In this document: in pieces, positions 38,963 to 53,111 of the stretch | Layout: each line of letters opens with the position of its first letter | How positions within the stretch are numbered: position 1 is the first letter of the stretch | Assembly (NCBI RefSeq): GCF_963921235.1 | Contig: NC_086097.1 | Location: forward strand, 201,750,001 to 201,814,000 | From: Mobula hypostoma | Lineage: Eukaryota | Direction: 5' to 3' | DNA length: 64,000 bases | Notes under the pieces: model-generated | What the model was told of the DNA's origin: nothing | The model's input: only the letters and a program-made list of their open reading frames with translations | The model's database searches: none | Program-made: the position numbers and the translations under genes

Positions 38963-41874
38963 TTAACAAACAAGATTTTCATTGTTCATTCTTTTTAATT
39001 ATTTGTGGGAAAACCTGTTCATATACATGTCCTTTTACTAATGCATTCTAAGTAATGTAGACATATTTTGTTAATATATATGAATGCCAGACTAAATGAA
39101 AACAAGAAGGCTGTGACTGCAGTGCCTATTCTTCTACCCTGGGGTATTCAAAGCCTGCAGCAATAATATATTTCAAATTTTCTAACATATTTGGGTACCA
39201 AAAAATGTTACTATTTGTGTGTGTTTGTGTATGTATAACACATACATACACACAATTATCGAGAGTGATCATTGAATTTTTGATCAGAATACACAACAGC
39301 TTCAATATTTTGAAGGGATGCAAAGGTCATAAATCTTCTTTCAAGATATTGACTCATTGCTCTTAATTTTCATAGGGTGACACTACACTAATTATAGTCT
39401 GAAAATTGGGCTAGAATTGACATGACTATAGGTCAATGAAAGCAGTATACTGTAATTTCCTGTTCACATGTGAAAGCAATATGCCTATCTTTAGAGCCAC
39501 CATCAGCTGAACTGCCTGTACCCCTTCTCATCACATTGCCCAAAAATCTTAAATTTTCCCATTGAAAAGCTGCATTTTTACTCCATTATGCAAGTTATCA
39601 TTTAGTGTGTTCTGAGGTGAAGAGTTATGTATTTTCTTCTACAGGATTCTCATTGCCTTGCCATCTTTTCTAAATTAAGGCAGACATAAAATAGAAGGTT
39701 GTGACATGAGGAGATCATTTGACCCACTGGATCTGATATAAATCCATTTAGAAAAGGGTGGTTGGTTATCAGTATTAGTGTTAGCCAGTGGTCAAAGTAT
39801 TTCTGTGGGCAGATCTTGTCCTGTGATGGAACTGGAATGACTGCTGGGATTCAGGGCTTGCTGATCGTATTGGAACTTGGGTAGTACCTGCAAGAAGAGG
39901 TATAAATGGGTGGTTGTTGGTCAGTGTGAACTTGGTGGGCTGAAGAGCATTTCCATGATCAATCACTATGACTCTAAGTGTATATCGAGAATAAAAGGGA
40001 GCAGCAAGAATGGGTGCTATTACTTGGAGATTCTGGGTCGCGTAAGTGGTTCCTACTTAATTATTTCTAAAGTAGTACTAATTTTATCTGTTATTATGCT
40101 TTCCAGGAGTTTACCCATCGAGAAACATACCCATTTATGACTACCAATTAGTCTCAAAACCCGAATCTGTGATAACCTAGAACCTGCATGCCCATTGCTT
40201 GAATGATCGAGGATCAATTGGCCTCAGATGCGTTACTGCAGCTAGTGCAGCTATATTCAATAAGCGGTTACACCCAGCATCAGTGCATTTAAAGTGAAGT
40301 TTGATTTATCAGTACGTAACTGCAGAAACAGACTTTGCTACCATTATTTCTGACTTCCTCTTCTCATCAGATAAAAAAAGAAACTGAATTATATACATAT
40401 AATAAAAGTAAACAAATGTTACACACTTTTAGTTCCTCTGTAATGTGATTCACAAGTGAAATTCCTTACTGTTTATTTACTATTGCTTCTGTTGCTTTGT
40501 AAATGCCTGCTTTCTAGTTGAATGAGTACTAATAGTGGGTGGCTAAGTTAACAAATTTCACGTCGCATGCCGGTGATAATAAACCTGATTCTGATTCTAG
40601 CTATTTGGCTATTTAGCTAGTTAGCCAGCTGTTTGGGATGTGAGTAGCCTATTTTCATTGTGGCGAAGCCAGTAAAGTTGCATTGTGCCATGGATAGTCT
40701 TTCTTTATTTTTACAGTCCGTCTACTGCTGAATGATGTAATGCAGCAGGATTGGTAATGACCCAAGACTTGCTGTTCTATCAAAACTTCTCATAATTTTG
40801 AACATCATTATAAAAATTCCCTTTATCTTTATTGCTCAAAGGAGAATAACTTGGCTCTCCACATAAGTCACTCATTCATAGTAACTTGCTTCAAAAATTC
40901 TGTTCTTTATAACACTATTGTTTCCTTAAAGGTTGCATTTTCCTTACTGTGCAGGAGGCATGTAGGTGTAAAAACAATCCAGTAATGGGCTGGTTGGTAT
41001 TTTACTAGAAAACATAAGGCAGGAAGACTCAGTTACTCATACTATTGTGCTACTGCAAACTGAATTATTTTTATAACACACAACACATTGGAATGGTCAA
41101 TATAATCATCTTCACAGAGGTTGTTTGCTTTGTAGGATCCTCCTCCCTCCCTCACCCCCAAGTGAATTGTCAGTTCCTGGATTGCAGCTTTTTAAGTCAT
41201 TTCAGGAAACTGTCTTAATCAACAAACATGCATCTTAGGATGCAGCATTTCTCTAAAACAGTCAAGAGAATACCTAATAATGAGATGGAAAACATCTAGC
41301 TGAATATCTCTATATTAGAAATAAGGCCATTTCTCCACTCCTCTTTTGTATATATTTCAGAATTCTGCGCTGTCCATTGGGTATTAATTCTTAGTTTTAT
41401 AGGGAATTTCCCACCATATCCTAAAATCTAGGTATAGTCAAAAAGAATACAAGGTTAAGTATAAGCATGCACTAAAATGCACAGGATTATTTACCCTTCC
41501 CTCTGCACTTCACAGACACTTGTGCTGCTGGCATGCAGGAACTGAATTGCATGCCAATGCAAAACATTTTAAATAACTATCAGGGAATTGTTTGTCTATC
41601 CATCCTTGTATAATCACTGAAATGCTATGCTACCAGAGGAAATTTGTCACTTTGGTATTTTATTCCTTCATTCACTTGATACAGGTATACAGGTCAGGAA
41701 GATTGTTTTACTCTAGGTGGTGCACAGCACCTTTAGTGTTGTTACTGCTGGATTTATCAAAGCAGATGAACAAAATTGCAGATGTCAGAAATGAGAAGGT
41801 CTATTGTCCAACCACCACACATCAAAGTTGCTGCTGAACGCAGCAGGCCAGGCAGCATCTCTTGGAAGAGGTAC

Positions 41875-41910
41875 AGTCGACGTTTCCGGCCGAGACCCTT
41901 CGTCAGGACT
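41875..41910 (-). ncRNA. Minimal hammerhead ribozyme motif, sense to the NOL4 pre-mRNA
   Basis: agtc-CTGACGA-agggtctcggccg-GAAAC-GTC-gact; the helix II closing pair is altered. Confidence 0.68.
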
Positions 41911-42914
41911 AACTGAAGGAAGAGCTAGTAAGAGATTTGAGAGGGGGAGGGGGAGATCCAAAATGATAGGAGAAGACGGGAGGGGGAGGGATGGAGCCAA
42001 GAGCTGGACAGGCGATTGGCAAAAGGGATATGAGAGGATCATGGGACAGGAGGCCCAGGGAAAAGGGAAAGGGGGAGGGGAGAAAACCCAGAGGATGGGC
42101 AAGGGGTATAGTCAGAGGGACAGAGGGAGAAAAAGGAGAGAGAGAGAGAGAGAAAGAATGTGTGTATATATATATATATAAATAAATAACAGATAGGGTA
42201 CACGGGGGAGGTGAGGCATTAGAGGAAGTTAGAGAAGTCAATGTTCATACCATCAGGTTGGAGTCTACCCAGATGGAATATAAAGTGTTGTTCCTCCAAC
42301 CTGAGTGTGGCTTCATCTTTACAGTAGAGGAGGCCATGGATAGACATATCAGAATGGGAATGGGATGTGGAATTAAAATGTGTGGCCACTGGGAGATCCT
42401 GCTTTCTCTGGTGGACAGCGTAGGTGTTCAGCAAAATGATCTCCCAGTCTGCGTCGGGTCTCGCCAATATATAGAAGGCCACATCGGGAGCACCAGACGA
42501 GGTATATCACCCGAGCCAACTCACGGGTGAAGTGTCGCCTCACCTGGAAAGACTGTCTGGGGCCCTGAATCGTGGTAAAGGAGGAAGTGTAAGGGCATGT
42601 GTAGCACTTGTTCTGCTTACAAAGATTAGTGCCAGGAGGGAGATAAGTGGGGGAATGAATGGACAAGGGAGTTGCATAGGGAGCAATCCCTGTGGAAAGT
42701 GGGGGGGGGGGAGAGGGAAAGATGTGCTTAGTGGTCGGATCCTGTTGGAGGTGACGGAAGTTACAGAGAATAATATGTTGGACCTGGAGGCTGGTGGGTA
42801 CCATGGTAGGTGAGGACCAGGGGAACCTTATTATCCCTCCCCCTCCTGTCTTCTCTTATCATTTTGGATCTCCCTCTCCCACTTTCAAATCTCTTACTAG
42901 CTCTTCCTTCAGTT

Positions 42915-42950
42915 AGTCCTGACGAAGGGTCTCGGTCCGAAACGTCGACT
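42915..42950 (+). ncRNA. Minimal hammerhead ribozyme motif
   Basis: agtc-CTGACGA-agggtctcggtcc-GAAAC-GTC-gact. Confidence 0.68.
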
Positions 42951-43694
42951 GTACCTCTTCATAGAGATACTGCCTGGCCTGCTGCGTTCACCAGCAATTT
43001 TGATGTGTGTTGCTTGAATTTCCAGCATCTGCAGAATTCCTCATGTTTAGGTCTATTGTCCATTGACTAAACAATATTCATTTCCATTTGCCACTTCTCA
43101 ACCATTGAAGTTCTCTGCCTGAATGCAGTGAGAATATTCGAACAAAGCTATTTAAGTGGAAAGTAATATTACATTGCAAGGCTGTGACCCTCTCCAACAG
43201 GAAAGAGTCCAACCACTTACCTTTTACACTAAATGATATTTGCATTTCTCACCAGCTCCTATCATTTGTTGTATTGCTACTAAACTGAAATGTAATTGAA
43301 TGAGCCATAATACTGTAGCCCCAAGAGCAGCTCAGAGGCTGGGTATCTCTTAATAAGTGAAGCATCATCTGATTCCTCAAAGTCTTTCCTCGATCTGCAA
43401 ATCATGATAGAACTCAACTTATCATGAAGCAGCAGGTTAAGGTGAGTAAAGTTTGGTCAGCAAGATTACAACACTTGAGAGCCCAATGAGATTGGAACTT
43501 GGCATGCTTTTAATATGTGTGGCATACTTAGCCAATGTTTTCTTTGTCAGGCAGATGTCATTGTTAAAGCCATTATTCTTGTCAAAAGAACACAAATACA
43601 TAAATGTGTAGGGAACATGCAGACAAACCTGCTCTGCCATTCAATAGGACAGTAATGCAATGATATCCTTTTCAAAGAAAGATCAACAATCCCA

Positions 43695-45075
43695 CATAGA
43701 ACATAGAATAGTACAGCACAGTACAGGCCCTTTGGCCCACAATGTTGTGCCAAACCTTAAACCCTGCCTCCCATATAACCCCCCGATCTTAAATTCCTCC
43801 ACATACCTGTCTAGTAGTCTCTTAAACTTCACTAGTGTATCTGCCTCCACCACAGACTCAGGCAGTGCATTCCACGCACCAACCACTCTCTGAGTAAAAA
43901 AAACCTTCCTCTAATATCCCCCTTGAACTTCCCATCCCTTACCTTAAAGCCATGTCCTCATGTACTGAGCAGTGGTGCCCTGGGGAAGAGCCGCTGGCTG
44001 TCCACTATTCTTCTTAATATCTTATATACCTCTATCATGTCTCCTCTCATCCTCTTTCTCTCCAAAGAGTAAAACCCTAGCTCCCTTAATCTCTGATCAT
44101 AATGCATACTCTCTAAAGCAGGCAACATCCTGGTAAATCTCCGCTCTACCCTTTCCGATGCTTCCACATCCTTCCTGTAGTAAGGCGACCAGAACTGGAC
44201 ACAGTACTCCAAGTGTGGCCTAACCAGAGTTTTATAGAGCTCCATCATTACCTCGCAACTCTTAAACTCTATCCTTCGACTTATGAAAGCTAACACCCCA
44301 TAAGCTTTCTTAACTACCCTGTCCACCTGTGAGGCAACTTTCAGGGATCTATGGACATGTACCCCCAGATCCCTCTGCTCCTCCACACTACCAAGTATCC
44401 TGCCACTTACTTTGTACTCTGCCTTGGAGTTTGTCCTTCCAGAGTGTACCACCTCACACTTCTCCCGGTTGAACTCCATCTGCCATTTCTCAGCCCACTT
44501 CTGCATCCTATCAATGTCTCTCTGCAATCTTCGACAAACCTCTACACTATCTACAACACCACCAACCTTTGTGTCATTTGTAAACTTGCCAACCCACCCT
44601 TCTCCCCCCCCATATCCAGGTCATTAATAAAAATCACGAAAAGTAGAGGTCCCAGAACCGATCCTTGTGGGACACCACTAGTCACAACTCTCCAATCCGA
44701 ATGTACTCCCTCCACCACGACCCTCTGCTTTTTGCAGGTAAGCTAATTCTGAATCCACCTGGCCAAACTTCCCTGGATCCCATACCTTCTGACTTTCTGA
44801 ATAAGCCTACTGTGTGGAACCTTGTCAGGTTCCTTACTAAAATCCATATAGATCACATTCACTGCGCTACCCTCATCTATATGCCCTGTCACCACCTCAA
44901 AGAACTCTGAGGTGGTGCCACAATCTGCCCTTCACAAAGCCATGCTGACAGTCCCTAATCAGACCATGATTCTCTAAATGCCCATAGATCCTATCTCTAA
45001 GAATCTTTTCCAACAGCTTTCCCATCACAAATGTAAGGCTCACTGGTCTATAATTACCCGGACTATCCCTACTAC
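43695..45075 (-). mobile_element. CR1 LINE 3' fragment (relatively young)
   Basis: ORF 43958..44527 (WQMEFN..KCEV..RDLGV..RPHLEYCVQFWSP) and reverse tail catagaacatagaatag. Confidence 0.93.
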
Positions 45076-45399
45076 CCAGATTACCCTTGGTAATCTAGGC
45101 TTTATTCCAAGTCTAGCTAATTGTCCATTAAATTTATTCCCTGGACCATCTGGCTGTGTTTAATGAGCTTTATCAGTTAAAGAATGATTTGATCATGTTG
45201 ACATTTTTTTTTAAATGGTGCACATCTTTGTAAGGTACTTGGTTGCTCCTGCTAAACTTTTCACCAAGATTTTCTTGCACCTCTCATTGCAAGCAAGTGA
45301 AAAACTCAGGCAGGCTTTGCGGAAAATTCATGCAAACTGATTTCTTCCAATTGTACTGAATCTCCGAGACTTGTATTCATCATATAATTTGGTTAAGTA

Positions 45400-46350
45400 G
45401 AACATAAAACTGTACAACACAGGAACAGGCTCATGAAGTTGTGCCAAACTAGTTTAAGCTAATGACACCTAATTTAACTAATCCTTTCTGCCTGCACATG
45501 GTTCTTTCTGCGAAATCCATGCACCAATCTAAAAGCCTCTTAAATGCCTTTATTATACCTACCTCCACCTCTACCTGGCAGCACAATTCAGACATCCTCT
45601 GGTGTCTATTTTAATAGAAAACATGCCCCACACATCTTTCAAATTTCCCCCCTCTCACCATAAATGCATACCATCTAGTATTAGATATCTTAACCCTGGG
45701 AAACATATTAGCTCACACTATTTTATAACCTTCTGTCAAGTTTCCCCACAGCTTCAGCTGCTCCAGTCAAAACAACCCTAGTTTGTCCAACATCCCCTTA
45801 TAGCATATGCACTCCGATTTAGGCAGCATCTTGGTAAACCTCTTCTGTGTTCTCTCCAAAACCGCCAGATCCTTTCTTTAATGGGTGATTGGATGCAATA
45901 TCCAGATGCAGCCTAACCAGGGTTTTTATAAAGCTGCAACTGAATTTCCTGACTCCTGGAGCACAATGCCTAGACTAATAATGCCGTATGTCTTCTATAC
46001 CATCCTATCATCCTGTATAGTCACTTTCTGAGAGTTGTGCACTTGTACTTCAAGGTCCCTCTGCACATCAACACTGGTAAGGGTCTTGCCATTAACTGTG
46101 TATTTCCCTCTACATTTGATCCACCAAAATACAACATACCACACTTGCCCAGATTGATCTCTATCTGCTAATTCTCTGCCACATCTGTAACTAACCTACA
46201 GTGCCTATAAAAAGTATGTCTTACGGTCTTGCACCACTGGTGATGGACCTCCAGCAAGAATAAAACCTAGTGATCACTACCCTCCATCTTCTATAGCTTC
46301 TAACGGCCAATTCTGAATCCAGATGACCAAGTCACTATGGATCTCATGCA
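45400..46350 (-). mobile_element. Older CR1 3' fragment
   Basis: Reverse tail gaacataaaac and degenerate similarity to the adjacent CR1. Confidence 0.78.
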
Positions 46351-49300
46351 TGTTCTAAAGAATTCTTACTGCAGATATCAAAAATAATTCTTTCGCACTA
46401 CTGTAAAAATTTGCTATGCTTTAAAAAATCTGTCTAGATACCTTGCACCTCAATAAAATGTCAGCTTAATGATAATAAAGGGTTCATAAGTTCGGTAGAA
46501 ATATAAACCAATAAAATGATTGTGGCTAATACTTGTTTATAGAAAAATAATCTGAAGAGTAAGTTTTTATAAAGGTGATGGTGACTATTTGGAAGAGCTG
46601 TAAATATTGGAAACTCTCATTCTAAATATAACACTCATACAATACTGGAGAAACTCAACAGTTAGATAGCATTATGGAAAGGAATATGCCATCTTTCTGA
46701 TGCTTTGGGCTGAGTTCCTCCAGCATTTTGTGTGCAATACTTTGGATCTGCAGAATCTCTTGTATTTATCATTCCGAATATACTAATACAACATTTAAAA
46801 GGATTTTGGGCAATACTTCAGTAAGAAAGGAGTAGGGGGATGCAGTCCTAATGCAGGCAAATGGGACTGGTATAAATAGGCATTATGGTTGGTGTGGACA
46901 AGAAGGCCAATAATACTGTACATTTCTTTAAGTCTTTTGTTCACTTGATACCAAGCAACTCCAGTAGATATGATTTTAAAATGCTGTATTTTCCATTATA
47001 TATTTAATTTGAATATCAACATTCTCCTTTGAATAAGAATAGGAATTGATAAAATACTTTCTAGATTAAAACAATCAGCCATCTCATTGTTTATTCTTTC
47101 ATATTTGGCAAATTACCTGTGAAACAATGCGTTATCAGTTTACTTTCCTCACTAAGATGTGGAGATTCTTTAAGTCTAGGATATTAATCATTTGAAAAAA
47201 TATTAGTATCTTCATTGAACACAAAAAATGTTAATATCTTTCATTTTACTTTGAGTATAGACTGAGCCTGTAGCTATCCAAGTGGGTTCCAACCTCAGTA
47301 TCGTAAGAGTCTGTTAGAACAAAGATAAATTCAGCAGACAATGAGCTTTGCCACACTTCACCGACAACCTTGAGATTACACACAACCTCACAAGGCTACT
47401 GTCAGGATGCTAAATTCTTTCTGTTAATGGATCTGGTTCAGTAATAGCATTTACACTGCTGCTCGTTCAAATACATCAATAATATTTGGTAAAATGATAC
47501 CCACCTGGGAGTCTATCTTAGGAATTACATCTTCATATAAGGGGAACCAGTTTATTTTTTAAGAGAGACTCTTGCCACAGGCTTCTTCGAAGGAACAGAC
47601 TTGGGATCAATTCTCATGTTTGGTGAGCTCTAGCCAATAATTCTAGCCTTTTTGGCAAGGATAATATAATCTTCATAGATGCTATCCCACAAACAAAAAA
47701 AAAGCCAACTCACTTTTGAATGATGATGGTGTCTGCTATATGCAACTTAATTATTGATTCTGGGTGATGTTGTCAAAACATTGTCAGCATGTCAGCTATT
47801 TAGAAACAAAAAAAACGCCTTTGTTGTTAAAAATGTATTTTAAAAAATCTGGGACTAAGCCACACTTTTTTTTAAATCAACTTTAAACTAGCAGTAAATA
47901 GGTGACAATATTTTAGACCATGCATCAAAGTACTCTATCAGTATTGGTATTATATTAGCCTATTTAATGCACAGTCAACATTTTCACAATCCTGCCTACT
48001 TGTCGTTGCTGCTATGACAACTATTCAGAGGGAAATCCCAGGTCCGCTACTACCTCAGTACATAATTACTTAGAGACCTGAAAGTCATTTAAAGCTTATC
48101 TTTGTCGAGCACTAAATAATTGCACATGAATTACTAAATTAAATTTATAAACATATTCCAAAAATGAAGAAAAAAATGTTCTGCAATTACTGAATGTAAA
48201 TGTAAAGTGAAGAAGCTTGAATAGATTTAACGTGGTCAGATCATTAAAACATTTTGCAGGTGTTTCCCTATTATCTTTTTTCTCACCCAGAGCTAGTTGT
48301 ACTTTCTTGTGACTAAAACATTGAGCATCAGCATAAGTTAGCACCATTTATTTTTCTGAAGTGGCAATTTTAACCCTACCCATTTGGCAGAATCTGGTGG
48401 GGCTGGCAATAAAATCAACCTAATTCTCAAGTGGTTATTTAACTATCATCTCTGTTTTCACTCTCCCTTTTTAACCAAGGAAGAGGATCAAGGGTTGCAA
48501 ACTGTTATGATTTCTTTATAAAATGTTTAGATAGGAAGTTCAATTATGTAATTGTTAATTTAACATGTGCCTGTGTACAGAAGAGGCCCAAAGAATTATT
48601 TTTAAAACTTCTGCTATGGGCTAGAATATTTCTCCAGCATCAAATTGGAAAGATTTGGTCTGTGTTACCATGCACTTCTACACTTTCAATGAAGACAGCC
48701 ACTAAACTTCCTCAACGCGAGCTTTCCAAATGCCAGGTATGTTCTCTCATCCCTGGTGGTGACCTATTGCTGGTCAATGTTGTGCCCCTGTCAGCTGTCA
48801 CTTCTGCCTGTTTAGAGTAACATCGTTCCCAATGTAAAGCAGAGAAGCTGTCCATTTTCGTTTGGATCGGTCCATCCAACATTTTTGATATGGTGATTAA
48901 ATCTGCAAAATTGGTGCTCAGAGTTGTAGGACATGTGGACAAAGATGTGATAAATGGAGTAAAATTTAAATAACAGGATGACAAAGCAACAGTATTTTAT
49001 TAAGATACAGTTTGTGTCCTAGCTGCAACCAAATAAAGGATCCCTTCGCAGCAAAGCAAGAATCAAAAAGATTTTTACAACGTAAGTAGCTCCAGTCCTC
49101 CGCTGGGAGCTCACCCTCAGGTGAGCTGAAAAGAAACAGAAATATTCAGGCATTAGGATGAATTTGAATGAGCAGGAAGATGCCATTATTCAGAAAATCC
49201 ATGGATTCCTCCGTCTCCTATTCTAGCATCTGTGACTGCATTTGTGATTCATGACAAATGAACAAATAACAGAACAAACACTGAATCTATAAGAAATAGA

Positions 49301-50102
49301 TATATCAGAATCATGACAGTCCTTAAAAACATGGGAGGACAGATTATGATCTGATGTTATTAAACTCTGTCTGAAAGTTTCTAAGTGCCCAAGTGAAAAA
49401 GACGAGATGATGTTTTACAAGCTTTCTTACAAATTTATTACAAGTGATCACGATAAGAGGACCAAGTGGGAAATCAGGTGAGGAACAGAACTGCAAGGCA
49501 CTGAAAGCTTAAGATCATTCTCACAGACTAAGTGGAGGTGTTCACCAATTGTCATCTGATCTGTGGTTGGTATCAGTGTAGATTACTGAACTGTCACGCT
49601 GCCCTTCTCTCAGGTTTACCCAACCAATGGGAGTGCTGCCCTTTATTTTTTCCATTCACCAATTCACAACTTACTCTGCAACTAAAGAAAGTAGATTTCT
49701 TCAGAAATTGTGTGGACAGCAGAATTGTTAAAAGCAAGATTAGGTAAATCTGCACCTGTAGTTTGTATCCAAAGGCACTGTGCTCCTGTGCAGTGGGTTG
49801 AATACACTGATACAACCTCATTTTGCATCTGCCAAATATGACCACTGTTGACAGATCACCATTCAGGTAAACTTCAGATGTCACATTTCATTGTTATGTC
49901 ATAACACAAAGTTAAATTGCCCACACAGAACATACAGAAAGCAAGTTATTCTTTGTATGAAGCATGATTTTTGATGAGGAACATGTGCCATCTTAGGGAA
50001 CTGGGCTATGCCAGCATTTCGATCTCCCATAAATGCACATACACGGAACAACTCCCTTTAATGCCTTCAATGTGCATATGGTGGAACCACAAGAAGAATT
50101 TC

Positions 50103-50570
50103 CATAAGATACAGGAGCAGAATTAAGCCATTTGGCTCATCCAGTCTGCTCCGCCATTTCATCATGGCTGATCCCGGATCCCATTTAACCCTATTCACCT
50201 GCCCTCTCACCATATCCCTTGATGCTCCTACCACTCAGGAATCTATCAACTTCTGCTTTGAATATACTCCTGGACTTGGCCTCCTCTGCAGTCTGTGGCA
50301 GAGCATTCCACAGATTCACCACGCTTTGGCTAAAAAAAAAATCCTCTAATTCCATTCTAAAAGGTCACCTCCTCAATTTTGAGGCTGTGCCCTCTAGTTC
50401 TGGATACTTCCACCGGAGGAAGCATCCTCTCCACATCCACCTTATCTAGTCCTTTCAACATTCAGTGGGTTTCAATGAGATTCCGACGCATTCTTCTAAA
50501 TTTCAGAGAGTACAGGCCCAAAGCTTCCAAATGCTCCTCGCTTGTTAACCCCTTCATTCCCGGAATCTTC
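50103..50570 (-). mobile_element. CR1 3' fragment
   Basis: Starts cataagatacaggagcagaattaagcca; similar to the copies at 37843 and 56670. Confidence 0.88.
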
Positions 50571-50891
50571 TTGCAATTCTTAGAGTTAACATTTATCAGA
50601 TTGTATTTCAGTATCTTGTTTGGCATGTGATAATTGCCAGCTTGTATTTTAACATCTTTACAACTTTTATTGCAATTTCTATTAAAACATTAATACAGGG
50701 CACATGAAGCCTCAGTTGAAGAGCTTGTCCAGAGAATGGAATCACTAACATTCCACTTGTGATGCTGGTTAGATACTCAAGCAATTAACTATTAGAGGGA
50801 AAAGTTATCATGTGCTTCAAAATTCAAAGTATGTTTACTGTATTTATTATACCGTTACCATGTGACCCCCATTCAACTTTGAGATTAATAC

Positions 50892-51014
50892 CTGTTGCTG
50901 TTGACTCACATCCAGACGCATTCTCTTTGCTGCATTTCTGCTCTCACTCTCACATGCTGTGGCCAATATATTCTCTGCTACTGCAGAAGTGAGGTGTGAA
51001 GGGATGGGACGAGA
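50892..51014 (-). CDS. NOL4: NOL4-family coding exon (third from last), 123 nt, phase 0/0
   Basis: Minus strand reads ctttctttag|TCTCGTCCC...CAACAG|gtatta and translates to [41 protein letters not shown], which I recognise as the conserved NOL4 segment [14 protein letters not shown]...[14 protein letters not shown]. Not in the ORF track in this frame. NOL4 versus a paralogue is not fully resolved. Confidence 0.92.
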
Positions 51015-52586
51015 CTAAAGAAAGAAGTGCATAAAAATGATATACTGATCTTTTTAAAAAGATAATTAAAACCAATACAGAATATTTAAGGACTACATTC
51101 CTTAAATAACAACACTCAGAAAAGTCCATAGCATACCTGTTTGATTCCCTACACTGCAAATCAAAAAAAAGAAAATTACAAATTCTAAAAAAAATCAGCA
51201 TTTGAGAGATCACCAAAATCTATTAAAATGTTTCAGCTATTTAGATGTAGACGGAATTTAGCTTGTTTTCATGTTTCAACATCCTAAACATCATTCTTAC
51301 TAAACTGCACTTCTATCTCTAAATTGGACTATAATGAAAGATATATTTTTATAATATATTAGAAGCATTCCACACTTTATAGTCGTATTTTGGGTGATAC
51401 TGGTCATTACCATTTTGCTGACAGTACTTCAATAATATTAGAAATAACATAACATTCATTCTGTGTGGTTGGTTTAAAAAAAATCTAAACAACTCAATTA
51501 CTTTTATACGCAAAAAGGAAATTGTGTGGAAATGTAAATGATTTGAGGAAAAGCTTGATGATTAAAATAATATCAAGGTGAAATGAATAGGATTGGACCT
51601 GACATCACTTGGTGAATGTTTCTTATAAACCATCACTCTCTGTGAGGCCTTTGTCATTTTCATTAGATTTGTATTATCTGATGATCAACTGTATCAAAGA
51701 TATTTCATTAAATACAATTTCATTAAATCTAACTTTTGAGACATCATTCACATTTTATTACAAAATGCTGTAAAGCACTATATGTGAAGCACAAGAAACA
51801 ATATTTTAACAAATAAGGGTTAAATCATTTCACACAAGGACATGAAGGCATTAGAAATATAGACAGAAAACACTAGAAATGTCTGGTCAGGCCACGTCTG
51901 CGTAAAGTGAAACAGTGAATGCTCCAGGTCGAAGACCCTTTGTCAGAACTGGGAAGGAGACAAAAGAAGCTCATAAAGCTACAGGCAGGGTGTCACTGAT
52001 GGGCTAAACCAGGATGACCTGAGGGAATAATTCATAAAACAAAGTTGCCTGGTCAACAGAGAAAGAATATGGGAATTGTGAAATGCAAAATAGGAATGAC
52101 AAGTCCAGTATGTCAGGGTAAGCACATCCTCCATTCCTGGGGGGTGGGGGAACAAATCAAGGTAGTCTTGGTAACTAAAGTTTTGAAAGTTATCATCACA
52201 TCATTCCTTTGTTCACTCATGTTACAAGTTTCGTCAGAGGTAATTTTAATGGCAAACGAAGAAATGCTTAGAGCCCTTGCCTTAATTTGAACCAATGCCT
52301 TTGATTTCTTTGCTCCATACATGAAAATAAAAGTGGTTAGAAACTCTTTTTACAATTTTGTGCCCTAAATTAAAGAACTTAATTATATTTGATTCATGCA
52401 TGTGCCACATTCTTGTCTCGAACAACATGCATGACAGAATATTGCTCTTAGGGGCACATCACACAAAATTTGAGTCAGGAATTGGCAAATAGCAAAAGCA
52501 GTGGACAATTGCAATATACAAATAATACATTGAGAAATATCACCTAGCACCAGGAGTCCCAAATTGCCAAATATCACCAACACGTA

Positions 52587-53111
52587 CGAAGGGTAATTGA
52601 TAAGTTCGTGGCCTAAGGTAGAAGGAGTCAATTTTAGAAAACCTAGCACATTTATTTTTCAACGTAGTCCCCTCCTACATGTACACACTTAGTCTAGTGG
52701 TGGTAGAGCATATGGATCCCTTCTTCGTAGAAGTCGGCGTCTTGGACCACCAGAAAGTGGTCCACAGCAAGGATGATTGATAAGTTGGTGGTCTAAGGTA
52801 GAAGGAAATGAGTTATACAGCTCTTGTTACATGAATGTGCAGTTCAACTCTTTGAGTGATTATGCAGAAAGCCTGAAGTTAATAACTCATCTGCTTCTAC
52901 CTTAGGCCACGAACTTATCAATCACCGCTGCTGTGGGCCACTTTGTGGAGGTCCAAGATGCTGACTTTTACAAAGAAGGGATCCGTATGCTCCACGACCA
53001 CTGGCCTAAGTGTGTAAATGTAGGATGTGACTATGTTGAAAAATAAATGTGCTATGTTTTCTAAAATTGACTACTTCTACCTTAGGGCATGAACTTATCA
53101 ATCACCCCTTG
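52587..53111. mobile_element. Palindromic mariner-derived MITE with 230 bp arms and internal direct repeats
   Basis: TA at 52585-52586 and 53112-53113; arms 52587-52816 and 52882-53111. The right arm encodes DFYKEGIRMLHDHWPKCVNVGCDYVEK*, a mariner transposase C-terminus. Confidence 0.92.

Larger units (their letters stand above)
41811..43048. mobile_element. Penelope-like element, tail-out inverted structure (long minus arm with GIY-YIG, short plus pLTR arm)
   Basis: ORF 42373..42804 (CKQNKCYTC...VIY..CSRCGLLYIGET..RL); 14 bp TSD aggtctattgtcca (41797-41810 and 43049-43062). Confidence 0.93.
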
